A stretch of DNA of 62,562 nucleotides, counting the filler, from Sphacelaria rigidula (Eukaryota), in the NCBI GenBank assembly GCA_964200075.2. It is 9 parts of 9 records of this genome, joined end to end, with 100 filler letters (N's around TTAATTAATTAA, not from the genome) between each part and the next. Parts side by side here need not be neighbours in the genome. Positions count along the whole stretch, not along the records: positions 1 to 6,863 come from CAXNAA020017706.1; positions 6,964 to 13,826 come from CAXNAA020017707.1; 7 more parts are not named here. One strand, written 5' to 3'. The notes below the pieces were generated by a model that saw only the letters and a program-made list of their open reading frames with translations, was not told where the DNA came from and searched no databases. The position numbers were made by a program, and so were the translations under genes. Position 1 is the stretch's first letter; every line of letters begins with the position of its first letter. Shown here in pieces: positions 1 to 13,457 of this stretch.

Positions 1-120
1 CACGTTCTCACGCTTTCCATGGTGGAAATCAGACATTACGAAGAAAAAATCCAACGCATCGGGAATCGAACCCCCGTTCTGTCCACCCTAATGGCGACAG
101 TCGGACCATTACACCACCTA
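1..120 (-). mobile_element. tRNA-derived SINE family B, 5' head
   Basis: Minus strand reads A-box-like TGGTGTAATGG then B-box GGTTCGATTCCC; near-identical to 41779-41863 on the + strand. Confidence 0.65.
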
Positions 121-306
121 CATATCGATGAAAGGCACAGAAAGGATATTGGTTCGCCATTTATGCGCTGCGACCGAAAGCGATTACGCGCTTGATTTTC
201 GCGAGTATTTTCATTCCCGTCTGAATCCCTGGGTCTTCTCCGTATTCAACTTTCGGTGATCCACAAGGAGATGCGGCTTCCCCCTCTTTGACGCACATAA
301 AAACAG

Positions 307-3300
307 GATGCCGTCCGCTACTTGCGAACTATGAGCGAAAAGGATGCGCTGACAAACACTGCTGAGCATGACTTGACGTCGACTCTGCGGAGGTTAGCCG
401 ATCGCCTTCCTATTTGCAGTCAAGAGCTCGAGAAAGCTGAGGTGAAGGGCGATACCTTAAAACTCCCTACCGCGGATTTGAAAATGCTTGAGTTGACTGC
501 CAAGTAGGGTGAACTTTCCGCTCTAAGAATAATGCTCGAAAGCAACAACTTCGAAATGCGGGGGGCGGAAAGTGTGCCCGCGTTATCAAAGGATTTTCTC
601 GGAACTTTCCCGGCCGCTCTATACTCACGACATCAACGATTTTCATCGGGTAACAACCCCTTTTCGGAGTCAAATCCGTGGTACAATCTAGGACTGGAGT
701 ATGTGAACAGATTGCAGCGAGAGCTTATTTGAGTGTTACAGCTATACCCACATTCCACCGTGTGCCCACCAGTATGAGAGCTTATTGGCGCGTAGTTTGA
801 TGGAATTTCGGTTGAACCTCGGTGGTAGGTTCTGTAAACTTGGGAATGAACTTAAAGTTTGTGCATCGCTGTCGTATTTGGAGTGCCTGGGTAGATTGCC
901 TGAGCATCCTTCGGCTTACAGTTTGAATTCAGCTCCGTATAACATCCCATCGCCCCCAAACGATCATCACACGGCATAAGGCAGAACGAATGCCACCGGC
1001 ACCACCGGCACAAACGAGGGCGTTCCCCGCTGACAGAGGTCCATGTTGTTTTAATCTTGCGTCTTGTGGGAAACATCCGCGGCTGCGATTCTCCTTTTCC
1101 CCGATTTTCGATCTTTACGGCAAAAAGGCGCTCGTGTCGCGTAATCTGACGCGCCTTCGCGAGATGGGCAACACGGTCTTGGAAGGCACAGAACGAGAGC
1201 GTGGCAAAGGAGCAATCGCTCAAATACTTGAGCAACTGATTGACGCGTTGACGCATGTGGGTGAGAGGGCAGACGTAGGGAAAAAAGCTGCGGACCGGGC
1301 CAGGATCGATGCTGAGGTGAACGAAGGGGAGGAAGGGACGAATAGACAAGGGTATCTTTTTGTATTCTTCCAAGTCGCCGGATATATTCCGAGAGTCCAG
1401 AGAGAAGAAGTGAAACGGATGGTAAATCAAGGGTTCAAGATCGGGATTGATGCGGGGGGCCTTATCTTCTACAACACTGTCCCTTCACGCATATGAAACG
1501 TTTTGATCGCATACAAAGCACGTCCGGGTGGGGGTCACAGTTCCTGATACCCGATCGAACCCCTTGATTATAAATGTTTTTTTACAAAACGAAGGTAGGA
1601 AGAGGCAGAAAATGATCGCACGCTAGTCTGTGCCAGGGGAAGCCGAGAGTGGGGATCGTGTGACTAGTTGTTCTGTGGCCTTCATCTCAGGCGTTAATTC
1701 TTCTTGGAGATGGGGCTGGCTGGTAATAGCGGTCCTCACCTGCAGTATACGGTAGTGTGAGTCATCCACACCTCCATTCAGAAAACGAACGTGATATCTG
1801 TTCTCTCGAGTTCACACCTTTCGGCAGAAAATCGTCACCAGTTTAACCACTTCCTAAAACAAATGCGTATGTAGGTGGAACGAACCCATCTCGCGAAAGC
1901 GATCGACGAGAGTATCGCCAACTTGGGGACCGGAGAGAATGGAGAGCAACCATCGTCTGCCGATCTTCAGGTGGCGTTATGTATACGTGGGAGCTGGATC
2001 ACGTATGTCTTTTGTGAATGGTGATGTTGTCTTGTGGCGAGCTGAGCTTGCTATCGAAACACAACCAATCTACTGTTAACATTGTTGGTAATCTCTTCAT
2101 TAGCTCCGTTTCCTGCGTTAGCTATAAGCTGTCTATATCTCTACTCGATCAACTCTATCCCTCTATTTGTCAAACCTATGCATCACTGTGATTGACAGGG
2201 AGTGCTGAAGGAGATTCGAGGCCTCGTCTCTACCTCCACGGCTGCCGCCGTAAACGCACCTACCGCCGCAGCAAACGCGTTGTTTTCGCAGTTGGCTTCA
2301 TCCGAGCGGCGCGCTTCCCTCGAAGATTGGCAGGCTCCGTTCGAAGGTTCGTGGTGAAAACACTTCATGATTTTCAATGTTCGGTCTCATCGGATAACGA
2401 GGGGGAAAACAGTCGTCATCACTTAAGGTACCCGGGCAACTGGATGGGAGGGGGGAGCACGTGTTCGTTGTTGGGATGATGTATGCTCTATACTGCACTT
2501 GTCCATTCAGCACCACGACAGGACACCAGTCAAATGTTCCCATAGATGTTTCACTCCGAGAATCGGTTTGTTATGGGGACAACGCCCTCGAGTTTCGCAC
2601 CTGGCTGATAGACAGCAGTGGACTGCCATTTCCTGGCGCTGTGGAAGTGCGGCTACATGGGTGTTGTGGCGATAAGTGTTATCGTTCTGTTATACCATGT
2701 ATAACACACAACAGTGGAAAGCTGTTCGAGAGAGGGAGACAAAGAGGTCCACTTGCCATGCTTTCTGATTTCTGAATCCCTGATATGCCGCACCGGAAGG
2801 AGGCAAACCAGCACAACCAGCAATCGGCGAAGAACAACAGCGCTGGCCTCGAGTCCTCCTCCCTCCCACCCCCCCGTTCCGGCGCTGGATTGTAAATTAA
2901 TGCCTATGCTGTTCGTTTTGGTGCTACTGTACGATTATCTCTCCCCGGCTCTATGTTTTCTCCGGTGCTACATATACTGTGTGCCTGCAGATGAATTAGC
3001 AGGGAACGATGTGGAGACCCGGCTTCGAGTGGAACAGGAAGCGGGTGTAGCTGCGCTTGCAGCGACTGCAGAGATTCAGAAGAAGGAGCTGCAACGTGAA
3101 CTTTCCCGGACTGGCGCCACGACAGAGGATAAAGAGGTACCTACAGAACTGCAACCTACGGTAGTGGTAAATGGGTGCCGCGGGTGCGCGTGAAGGTGGG
3201 AGTGCGGGCGGATGTCAGAGCAAGACCCGGGAAAGTACCTTAAACTGTTGCACGTGGAGTATTACATCACCAGTCTTCCAGTAGATCTGCTTTCTGCGGG

Positions 3301-6196
3301 AGTCCTCTTCGTCGGGACTACTGTGGTAGCTCAATGTTCGGTATGACTCCTCAATAAGCCACATGGAGGAGGTGTCGTGAGTAGAAATCATGCTAGAATT
3401 ACAGGTCAGGGGAAACGTGCAGCATGTGTTCTCACGTAGTGATCAACTAGTGGGTGGTTACGTACCGATCCTCTTAGAACCAGTCCAACGAATCTTGGGC
3501 AAATGGGTTCATTCCTTCCGCATCGACCGCTGCACACGAACTGGCCGCAACGATACCAAGCGGTTGATTTTGCAATGAGGCGGGAGTCACACGTCGGCGT
3601 TTTGCTTTGCACGTGCTCTAACATGCTGCCATGATGCCTCCTTTCCATTGGCTGCTTGTAGGCAATCATGGATGCCATGGACAAAGACCAACGTCAGATC
3701 GAGGAAATCCTCGAAGCGGAGCGTGTGCGCGTCGAGGATGGACTCAAAGCCGCTGTCGCATCCAGAAAGGCAAGGGATGAAAGGGACGCCAAGAACGAGG
3801 CCGAGCAAGAGCACTCTTCAAGGTACGTATCGTTGCGGCTTCTTCACTGCAGTATTGTTTAATCTGTTTCGACGAACCTGCACATCGTCAACAGCATACT
3901 CTACACTGCGCCCGAATTGAAATAGATCATACCGTGTCAGTTGCGCGATGAAAATACGCACTATCAGCCCCGAGCGGTCGAAGACGAGACTGTCCTGGAG
4001 AGGTTATCAAGGCGCTGATCACGGCTGACTTGGATGCAGTTGATTCATGAAAAAAATACATGCTTCGATCTAGTACGTGTGCGTTAATTCATCACGCTTC
4101 AAGCTACGCGCACTGTGCTATATCTTTCACGCTCAAGACGTCATAGACGGGTGCATATGATTGATGCATCACGTGTGTATTGGAAAACGACTCCCAAGTC
4201 GTGAGTCTGCATGGAGGAAAGACCCTTGGAATCAGGGCGCATGTGTCGACAAACGCGTGTCCCGGCATATGCGTGCGCTGAAACAAAACTTCAAAACAAA
4301 GGGCGCCTTTTCTCCACGTCCGGATCAGCCCCCCGTCCTTCCTCCCTCCCCCCCACCCGGCAGCAGTCGCTTCCCCTTTTTCGGGTCGAAGACAAACATT
4401 ATCGACATTGACCAAAAGTTTGCTTCAATACGCTGTGTGCAGCCAGTTACAGCGGCTGCAGGAGTTGCATAATGCTCACATATATTCCTCAGGTGACGCT
4501 GTGTTTCCGCAACCCCCTTTTGTGGCGTGTGAGGTAAATCTTGACGCGACTTCGCGTCTCCGCCGGGTCCTCCCTTCCCTTTCAGTTGACTCTTGACAAC
4601 AGAGTTCCTCGTTCTCCCTTACTTCACCTCCCGTTTTGGGCTTTGATTGAAATGTTGGGGGTGTGATGTCGGAACTGAGAGGTACGAACCCCCTTGCTCG
4701 ACGCACTGTTTTGATCAGTATGAACGAATGGGCGCGCGGCTGCCCGACAGCTGATTGCTCCACAAATAATACATGGTGCATCGTGATTTACGGCGAACTA
4801 GGGACGGCGCCCTCATCTCCTACCCTCCTCTCCGTTAGTGCGGGGCTTCAGTGTATGTCCTTCCAGAGCATCTCATGTTTCAACGGCCTTGCCGGCGGCA
4901 ACGATATCTCCTACCCCGTGGACCAACTAGGCACATGCCATAGGAATCACTTGTTTTGTTCCTACCACGCTTACGTGCGATATGCCGTGCCATTTTGTCG
5001 GTGTTTCAATTATAGTGCACGGTTCCGTGCCCTGTACTCTACACAACGAGACAAACAAGAATGCCTGCAGGTTGATAAATCCGTAAATCTGACTTGGATA
5101 GCTGAAAACTTTCGTGCCTCGAACACTGCAGTCACAACTCTGATTTTCATCAGATGCTGACCGACTGGTGATAATTTTCCCGTGCCGAACGAACGATCCA
5201 TTGCAAATGAAGTTTGCCCACCAAGGATGAGCTTCTGGAGAGGCATACGACCCAAATCAATGAACTACGACGGAAGCACACGGACGCGTTGAAAGCCGTA
5301 GGTGCTGACACAGATGATGAGGATGATGAGGATGATGAACAAGAAGGGGAGCGCACCACCGGCGATGAGGCCGGCGGGGCGGGCAGATTCGTTGCTGCCT
5401 TGAAACAGGTCGGTGGCGAATGAACAGCAGTTGCCGGTAAAGCGCTCGACAAAACACCGGGGTACTCCGCGGGCATTTCTTTCTTCAACCCCTGTCCTCT
5501 GGTCGTCGATCACACCGCTGACTACGCAAGGTGTTGCTGTGAGCATATGTTCTGGAATTCCGATGTTTGATACACCTTCGGCCGTGGGTAACACCATCGC
5601 ACGTACTCGAAGGGCTGCGATACAAGTTACACCGTCTTCCCGCCTTCGTGCGGTGCCTGATCGATACATAGGCTCAACTAGCATCGTCAGCAGCGCGAAG
5701 AGTACTGTTCTGCACGTAGCTAACTTTAACTCATTTGAGGTTACAGGTTCACTCGACATGAAGCACCCACGGTGTGGGATGTTTGTGGTTTGTGACGGAC
5801 TTATTCACAAGGGGAAACAAAAGATAGCGGACCGGGAAAATGTATGCACACGAACTTCTGCGAGGAAAATTGCGGCGATCGAAATGAGCTTCACGAAAAC
5901 GTCACATTCGTCTCTGACAGCATGTTCTGTACGTACCGCAATATTTTCTTCGTATACCGAAGACATAGTTTTCTTCGTCTGGCTATGGCTCTCCCTGACG
6001 CCGTGACCTGGATCGCATGCTGGAATAATTCCCCAATTTCGATTTTGGGCAGCAGAAGAGTATCCTCATTTTTGCACCCTGTCGATGTTGGCGCGGATCA
6101 GGTTCACGCGGAGCAAGAGGCCCTGCTGAAGGCGAACTTCGCGTCCAAGGCGAAAAGCGCACAGAGGGGACTCACGGAGCGGCTACGCGCTCAGAG
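307..6196 (+). CDS. Internal part of a multi-exon, coiled-coil-rich hypothetical protein; exons 307-441, 1128-1316, 1875-1970, 2199-2346, 2991-3136, 3662-3822, 4443-4533, 5226-5408, 6102-6196
   Basis: All exons are AG/GT bounded with compatible phases and no stops; E/K/R/A-rich helical peptides (e.g. AIMDAMDKDQRQIEEILEAERVRVEDGLKAAV); start and stop lie outside the contig. Confidence 0.8.
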
Positions 6197-6731
6197 GTTT
6201 GTTTGTGCACCGATAGCGAACACTTGCAACTCCCGACCCTTTGGTCGTCAAGTGCTCCGTATTAGTGGTTCGCAAACTGGCATTCACTTCGATAATACGT
6301 AAGATAGTATTTTTATATACCGATGAACTACAGACATGGTAGACCAACCCGCGGTCAAATAATCCACTGCCTATTATATTAACGGCAACCGTCGGGAGGC
6401 CTGTTAACCCTCGCGTGGGTTTTCGAAGTATACCGTGAGGTGGTAAGCAAGATCCGCTTGGTCTGGCTCTCGGTATTATTGGTGCACCTATTCGGTAAAC
6501 TCTGATCCTCTCTATGAGTTTGTAACGCCCCATGGCTGGACCCCGGGGGGGTCAGCTAAAGTGCGACAATCAATAAAAAATCATGGGCCAAGGTCAAGGC
6601 TGTCGAATTATGCGAGTGACCGATGCAAATGTGGTGGCAACATAAAGCACGCAACGACCGTATGCATACTTTCTCATCAGAATACTGCTTCTTTCGAAGT
6701 CGACATACGGCAAGCGAGAAAGCCCCCCCCT

Positions 6732-6863
6732 CCGACGAGGAAGAACACCTGGAGATATACGGGTGGTTGAGAGAGGGGATAAGGATCAAAGCATATTTTC
6801 ATGGCCCGATGGACGCTGCGGAAAATTTGAAATTGCAATTTCGGGTGGGGGACCTAGACCTGC
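6732..6863 (+). mobile_element. LINE (non-LTR retrotransposon) ORF fragment
   Basis: EHLEIYGWLREGIRIKAYFHGPMDAAENLKLQFRVGDLDL matches, from recall, the C-terminal region of an abundant brown-algal LINE ORF; preceded by a C8 tract; cut by the contig end. Confidence 0.6.
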
Positions 6864-6963
6864 NNNNNNNNNNNNNNNNNNNNNNNNNNNNNNNNNNNNN
6901 NNNNNNNTTAATTAATTAANNNNNNNNNNNNNNNNNNNNNNNNNNNNNNNNNNNNNNNNNNNN
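6864..6963. other. Artificial contig linker (N44-TTAATTAATTAA-N44); identical linkers at 13827-13926, 20790-20889, 27753-27852, 34716-34815, 41679-41778, 48641-48740, 55603-55702
   Basis: Eight identical 100-bp spacers carrying a six-frame stop 12-mer; the contigs between them are 6863, 6863, 6863, 6863, 6863, 6863, 6862, 6862 and >=6860 bp. Confidence 0.98.
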
Positions 6964-8795
6964 GGGAAACACGATCTCGATCGTCATTGTGAAGAATGTT
7001 ACACATTTTCATTCATCTTAATATTTACCGTTTCATCGCTGAAGAGCGAGAAAACTGCTTATATTGGACCAAAAACGGTCAATAACACCCTCCTGATAAA
7101 CCCTCCTGATAAACGGGGTATCAAGTCCGTATCGCTCCAAAAACATCAACTTGAGCATTGCGGTTTGAGCGCGGCCTACGCTTTTTCCCTAAATCTACCG
7201 GCGCTGCAGTAGCACTTTCAAGTAGTAGTGAAGAATAGTACTCCAGAAAAACTCAACAAGTACAACAACTACGAATTCTGAAAACTTCTGATGCTGACTA
7301 CTATACATGCTCTATCACTTCGGCTAACGCCAGCGTGTTTTGCTTTTGGGGGTGATATAAAACGTGACACTAAATCAGGTCCAACTGATTCAGTAATCAC
7401 TTAATAGATTTCAAGACCAGTAATGTTGGTCAGCACGATGTACCGGCAGCACACCGTACTGTATTCCCGGCTTAATGGGTCAGCACACGACATGGATCAT
7501 CGCAGGATATAATTGAGTGAAACAAGGCATGTTTTTCCGTATATGCAGTCTGTCGTGCACACGGCAGTGTCCCCTGCGCATGCGTTCTACTGTTGTGTAG
7601 CTGCACCGTACACATGTCAGCCTCGACCTGGAGTGCCAAACCCACGAGCGTACGTTGGCAAGTACGTGTCAACCAGCACCGGTACTCTTCGTTGCATAAA
7701 TGTCCAGTCTACCACAAGATATGCGCTCCGCTTGTACTGCTAGTGGTTAAGTTGATGGGAAACTCACCAGGAACCATTGGGCTGTAGACTCTTCTGTGGA
7801 GTGACAGGTAAAGCAAAATACAACCAAGTTAGCGAAGCCTCATGACAGTCATCAACCCGCAAAAGTCAGGATCGAAAAATAATAGCGGGAACTGATGCTT
7901 CCCCGCCGATCGAATATAACCAAACGGATTTTGAAAGGCTCGCGCCATGTTTCAAGGGTGCAGTGCGGCAAGGCTCACCGCTGTACTTGCTGTAGTGTTA
8001 GGGTGCGCAACGGAATAACGGAGAACAAAAAATTATGACTGCAGTGAGGAGACGTCGGGTGATGGTGGAGTCTGATGACGAGGGTGCGCAAGACAGCAAT
8101 GGGAAGGTTTGTTCTGTCATCGTGTCTTGATTGCGCCACTCCCACTGCGCTTCTGTCTGTAATCTGTACTCGTACGCGTTGATACGGTAGTCTACTCTCT
8201 GTACAGGGCTGGTGGCGATACGTGGCAGCATGCTCTAATTAGGGATGCGTTGTAGACTTTAGCCCGCCTTTGAACAACTGACTGCGCAGTAGTACATGCT
8301 AGGACCAGCCGAGGAATCATCCGTGGATTTCACCTCTTGACATGAACAGGTCGGTTTATCCTGTTTTTTGTATGGACAGTACCGCAGTTCGCGCCATATC
8401 GTGGCTACTCACCAAAACTGTTGTTTTGCGGGCCACCACCGTGCTGTCATGCCAAGTCATGTCCACCAGAATGCCATCAGCGTAGTACTCTACACAGGAC
8501 TACGGACGTGTATGAAGTGCATGTAGAGTGCGGTCTAGGGCTCTAGTACTAGGACTCTAGTACCGTAGAGTTGAGTAGAACAAGCTCCTTGGAGATGTTT
8601 ACATCCGCAGTCCACAACAGTATAGTGCAGTAAAAGTGCGTCTCCGAGAACCCAATTCAGTGTAATTCCTTTCCAGGCGTTAGTTTGGGAGATTAGCCGC
8701 CCAAACGCAGCACACCTGATGTCTGATGATGCTGGAACTTCACGCATGTGCGGGTTAACGGCGCAAGTAGGTGTTGTCCCAGCAGTTTCGGGGCG

Positions 8796-9285
8796 TTTTG
8801 TGCGTTGCGTGATTCGAGGGTATGAATATGCACGATGCTGGGGTGTTTCGGAACATTTTATCACTCTCTAATGAAAGCTCCAGAGAGAAACTACGTGAAA
8901 TCCGCGCGGCGGTAGCAGCAGAACTTGCCAGCGTTGTCGTTCAGGTCCGCCGCTTGTTGGTTTTGTGCGTTGCGTGGCTTGAGAGGGTGAATATGCACGA
9001 TGCTGAGGTGTTTTGGAATATTTTATCTTCTAAGGACAATTCTAGATGGAAACTACGTGAAATCCGCGCGGCAGCAGTGGCAGAACTTGCCAGCGTTGTC
9101 GTTTAGGTCGGCCGCTTGTTGGTTTTGTGCGTTGCGTGGCTTGAGAGGGTGAATATGCACGATGCTGAGGTGTTTCGGAACATTTTATCCTCTATAGACA
9201 ATTCTAGAGGGGAACTACGTGAAATCCGCGCGGCGGCAGCGGCAAAACTTGCCAGCGTTGTCGTTTAGGTTGGCCGCTTGTTGGT
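8796..9285. repeat. Tandem repeat, 3 units of 165/162 bp
   Basis: GAATATGCACGATGCTG recurs at 8824, 8989 and 9151; AACTACGTGAAATCCGCGCGGC and AACTTGCCAGCGTTGTCGTT occur in each unit. Confidence 0.92.
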
Positions 9286-10694
9286 CGAGGCTGGCAGTAA
9301 CCACGGAAAGAGCCATCCGTCAAGGTTTCCCTCATGTTAGAGGCAGGTGTCCTTGAGTTTCACCCGCCGTGTCCAGCAGGACGCGGCCGTACAGCCTAGC
9401 CGAAGCGAAGAGTATCTTGTGCCAAGGATCACTGTGGACCTGTGCCGGCAGGGGGCAAGATCTCCTTACAGACAGCGCCGTACTAGGGTACCCGACTACC
9501 GCGACAGTCTGACGAGGACAGGGGCGGTTGCCGTAGTATTCTTCTGATGAAATCACCCGGAAATTCTTTGCGCAAACGCTCCCACTTGAAATCTTGACCT
9601 TCCTCTGACACGAGCATGATGGCACTTTGGTGGAGTTTTTTGCCATTTCACTTGATTCCAGAAGAGGAAAGAGGGCAAATATTGCACCTCTTGTCCCGTT
9701 GTGTTTTTGTTCAGAGGCCATTCTCGAAACCTCGGAGCCAAGCAAACCGGGAAAGTGAGCTAGAATCCTCTCTTTGGGGGTGATGAAGAGTGGCCGAGGC
9801 GTGTGATGGCGATATTCCCTGTTAAGGGGCCAAAAACCGTGTCGAATGCCCCAAAAGTAGAAAATACCCCCCCCCCCAAAAAAAAAAACGTAAAAAACGG
9901 TCTAACGCCTGTAACGACGAAAAATCATGCTCGATTGGTTGACTGACTGATTCCCGCACCTTTTTGACTGATCCCCAAAGGATTCAGCCGTTGTCAAGGG
10001 ATAGACGTCCACAAGTTATTTAAAAGGAAAAACTTGCTCAAGATACTCAAAAGGGGGGAGAGAAAAGAACGTGGGACAAAGAAGTCCACTGAATAAGAAA
10101 ACGCAAGAGAAAGAAAATAAAGCGGAAGGGCAGAGGAGATAAGGAGAGGAAAGAAGAGAAGAGGGGAACAAAGAGAACAAAACGGTCCCGATAAACAAGG
10201 CAACGATAGTAACAAACAAGAAGTGGCCGACCCCTGTAACATGGCTTCAGATTAAAAAAAAAACCGTGCGTGAAAACATGCACCCACACGACAAAAGTAC
10301 AACATAACAAATAGGCCGTGGGTAGCAGGAGTTCGCCTCGGCCGTGTGAAAAGCGCCTAATGGGGCATGAACGCTCGACGACGAGCTCTCCAGAAGTCTG
10401 ACAACAACAACGTTATAGCATTTGAAAACAACAGAAGCCGAAACGATGATAACACGGGCAGAGAGGACGAGAAAAGAGCAAGCATAAAAAAGTGTGGAAG
10501 CGACGGAACCCGGAGACAAATCAAAACATGTCTATGATGATGAAACCACATGCCCTTACAGCTTGGTAACGATCAACCAACACTCACAAGCATAGGGTTT
10601 TCACTGCAACCTATGAGTGCTGTCGTCTTTCTCAAGCCATTTTCCTCTCTTGTTCGTTCGCCGTATGAAAAAACGCCTCACCATTATTTTGGCC

Positions 10695-11071
10695 GGTCGC
10701 CCCGGTGACTCAGCCGGTAACCTCGAAATCTTCCGACAGTTGGGTCGTGGGTTCGAATCTTCGGTGCAGTCGCACGATCTGGGATATTTTCTCACACGAT
10801 GCCCAACAGGGGAGAGCGACCATGTCGTGGATACACAAAATTCGACGTCACGGTCGACGAGGGAAATGCACCGCTGAATCCCTCTCGCGAGGAAAAAATA
10901 AAAGACAAGCACCACAAAAGGAAGGTAGAGTACTAAAACAAAGGAAAAAATAAAAAAGCTCCTGCGTTGACCTTCCTCCTGTGTGACACCGGCTGATGTG
11001 CCCACATCATATTTACCGAAAGGTGTAGACTGGCGTCCAGAATAGATGTAATGACAACACACACACACACA
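10695..11071 (+). mobile_element. tRNA-derived SINE family A with (CA)n tail
   Basis: GGTCGCCCCGGTGACTCAGCCGG (A box), GGTTCGAATC (B box), ~300-bp shared body, (CA)n tail; five copies in the window. Confidence 0.8.
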
Positions 11072-11320
11072 TCAAGCATTTCTATGAGACTGCTTGCCTA
11101 CACCCCGACCTCCCAATATCTTACCCCGACACCAAACCCTGTTTTCTTTTGCCATATATCAAAGCAATAGCACCCAGCATTCGAAGATGATGCTCGCACC
11201 TCTGCATGCATACACCGCGACTTCGCTACGTGCTTCCGTGCATTCGAGTGACCCATCCCTGCTCTTTACCCCGCAGGAGTCGGTTTCGAGGTTACGTACG
11301 TTTTTTGTGGTATCAATATC

Positions 11321-11674
11321 GGTCGCCCTGGTGGCTCAGTTGGTAACCTCGAAACCTTCTGACGGTTGGGTCGTGGGTTCAAATCCCGGAGCGATCTGTG
11401 ATATTTTCTCACACAATGCCCAACAGTGGAGAGCGACTATGTCGTGGGTACACAAAAAAAATGACTTCACGGTCGACGAGGGAAATAGACTGCTGAACCC
11501 CTCTCGCGATAAAACATGAAGGAAAGCACCGCAGAAGGAAGGTGGAGAACTAAAACAAGTAAAAATGAAAAACTCCTGTTTTGAGCTTCCTCCTGTGTGA
11601 CCCCGGCTGATGCGTCCACAGATACCGGAAGGTGTAGACCAGCGCACAGAATAGATGGGATGACAACACACACA
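11321..11674 (+). mobile_element. SINE family A copy
   Basis: A box TGGCTCAGTTGG, B box GGTTCAAATCCC, same body and CA tail as 10695-11071. Confidence 0.8.
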
Positions 11675-11675
11675 T

Positions 11676-11949
11676 ATGATGATGGTCGGGTTAGATCATG
11701 TTGTGCGGGGTGGAGAACCTCAACTCTGTGCTCAAGAGGATGATCGTACTACGTAGTGTTAAGACGGTAAGACACCCAGGATGCAGGTCACCCTCATGCG
11801 ACGCACCGACATCACGGCGCTACGCGTTTGGTGACTACGAGTCTGGTTCGGCCAAAATCCGTCGTGCTCCTTCCCGGCTTTGTAGAGATGCGAGGTCTGT
11901 GGTCTCATGACAACGGCATGCAGAATAATGAGTACATCCCCCCCCTCCC
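11676..11949 (+). mobile_element. Poly(C)-tailed structured element (family C), internally deleted copy
   Basis: Homologous to 44095-44487; ends GAGTACATCCCCCCCC. Confidence 0.75.
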
Positions 11950-12237
11950 GAGGCTAGTTGACCAGCGTTGGACTACAAATGTCCATAATTGGCACATTTT
12001 ACAAGTATCGCTACCCCTAACCCTAACCCCAACCAAATGCATAGCGAGAACCTTCGGGCAAGGGCGGCACAAAGCATTCCCCAGGCAAGGTGTGGCCCTG
12101 GTAGACCCCAAATCGGCGCCTGTGGCGCCGATTTCAACGAAAACGCGTTCTGCGCACGCAAGGAGCACACGGGACTGTCAGTCCTACTAAAGATCCGATT
12201 CTTGTTGTACATATTCAAATCAAGAAATAGGTCAACC

Positions 12238-13171
12238 ATGAACACTCATAGCCCAACGCCGGTTAACTCTGCTGCCCCTCCCCGTCCGCTCACTTTTCAA
12301 CCATCGCAGACACCGTCGAAGAAAAAACGGCGGCTAGCCGTCGTAGCTCTTGACGATGACGAGGGTGCGCTCGGCGAAGGGGGCGTAGCAGGCGATGGCG
12401 AGGAGGAAGAGGCGGATAAGGAGCAGACAGAGACGGAGGGCAAGCGCAGGCAGCAGCTGGCGGAAAGATGGTCTAAGCTCGAGGAGGACTCCGTGAGTGT
12501 TTTTTCTTATGTTGAGCCCCGCCCCTTGCCCCCTTTCGACTTTTCACGGTCTCCAAACGACGCGGAACAGTCTAGGATTGATGGCCCCCGACAGTGCGCT
12601 GATGCGAGTGGAGAGAAAAATGATTCCCATCGTTCAAAACCGCACTGTCGATGGAGTTGGTCGCCACTTGATGCATTCGATAATCAAGTGTCTTTTCAGT
12701 AAGTAGTAGTCGTAGTGAGCGTTCCTGTTTTATTTTTTTGATCAGCCAGTGCGAATAGTGCGGTTGGAAGGGGCGTTTTCCTTCCTGCATGGCGCGTTAG
12801 ATATGGCTCCGTGGAACTTCACTGCTGCAATGATATGTATATCTATATATATATATCACTTTTTCTCCACTTTTTTTTTTTATTTGTTTTCAAATTCCGA
12901 AGCAAAAGCCACACGCTGCCGGCCACCCTGTAAACATGCTCCGTCTCGCAAGGGGTGCGTGGTCAATGGTGAAACGAATAACCCAAGCAACAAATGAGTA
13001 TGCCCTTCCCCCCATGAACATGGCCGTGAAATGGACAGCCCGACTCGCGTATCACAGAAGTAGCACCGATAGTCTGGTATTCAGGCGGGACGCGTCTATT
13101 GAGAGGTCTATCTTGAAGCGCTACGAACCGTCAAGGGCTAGCAGCGAGGCACAAGATAAGTGTGCTATGAA
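12238..13171 (+). CDS. Probable 5' exons of a hypothetical protein: 12238-12492, 12571-12698, 13058-13171
   Basis: ATG start, donors GTGAGT/GTAAGT/GTAACG, CAG acceptors, consistent phases 0/2/2; basic KKKRR patch followed by an acidic stretch. Confidence 0.6.
12935..13013 (+). mobile_element. LINE 3'-terminal module with C tail (intronic)
   Basis: Encodes APSRKGCVVNG..SNK*; homologous to 34563-34640 and 39860-39938. Confidence 0.75.
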
Positions 13172-13457
13172 GTAACGTTGGTAGTGGGTAAATAGGTGAA
13201 GTAACTTGCAAGAAAATCGCTGCTTAGGCTCCGATGTATCAGTGTCCACGGTCGTGGCCCCTCGGTGGAGTAGTCGTCAAGAGCCTGCTTTTGTTGGTCA
13301 TGTTTTTTTTTTCATTTCTTGCGGTCATTATTCACTCGAAGCCGTGGCACCACGGCGGAGGTACGGTCCCGCTCTTCCCGGTGCATGTACCTGTCTTTTT
13401 TCAGCTGCCACCTCGTTGCAAGCGACTATAGCGACATCTATCCGTTCGTATTTATTC

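Noticed and set aside
852-1430. Long ORFs 852-1430(-), 5413-6006(+), 29963-30550(-), 49281-49844(+)
   Set aside because: Antisense shadows of exons or chance ORFs in introns and repeats, with no motifs
6908-6919. Periodic TTAATTAATTAA as a biological motif or piggyBac site
   Set aside because: Always centred in N runs; a six-frame-stop assembly spacer
8796-9285. CRISPR-like array (also 13640-13826, 51520-51910)
   Set aside because: Whole units repeat, with no unique spacers and no cas genes; eukaryotic context
11321-11390. Functional tRNA genes at the A/B-box heads
   Set aside because: No complete cloverleaf or anticodon arm; each head is attached to a repeated SINE body
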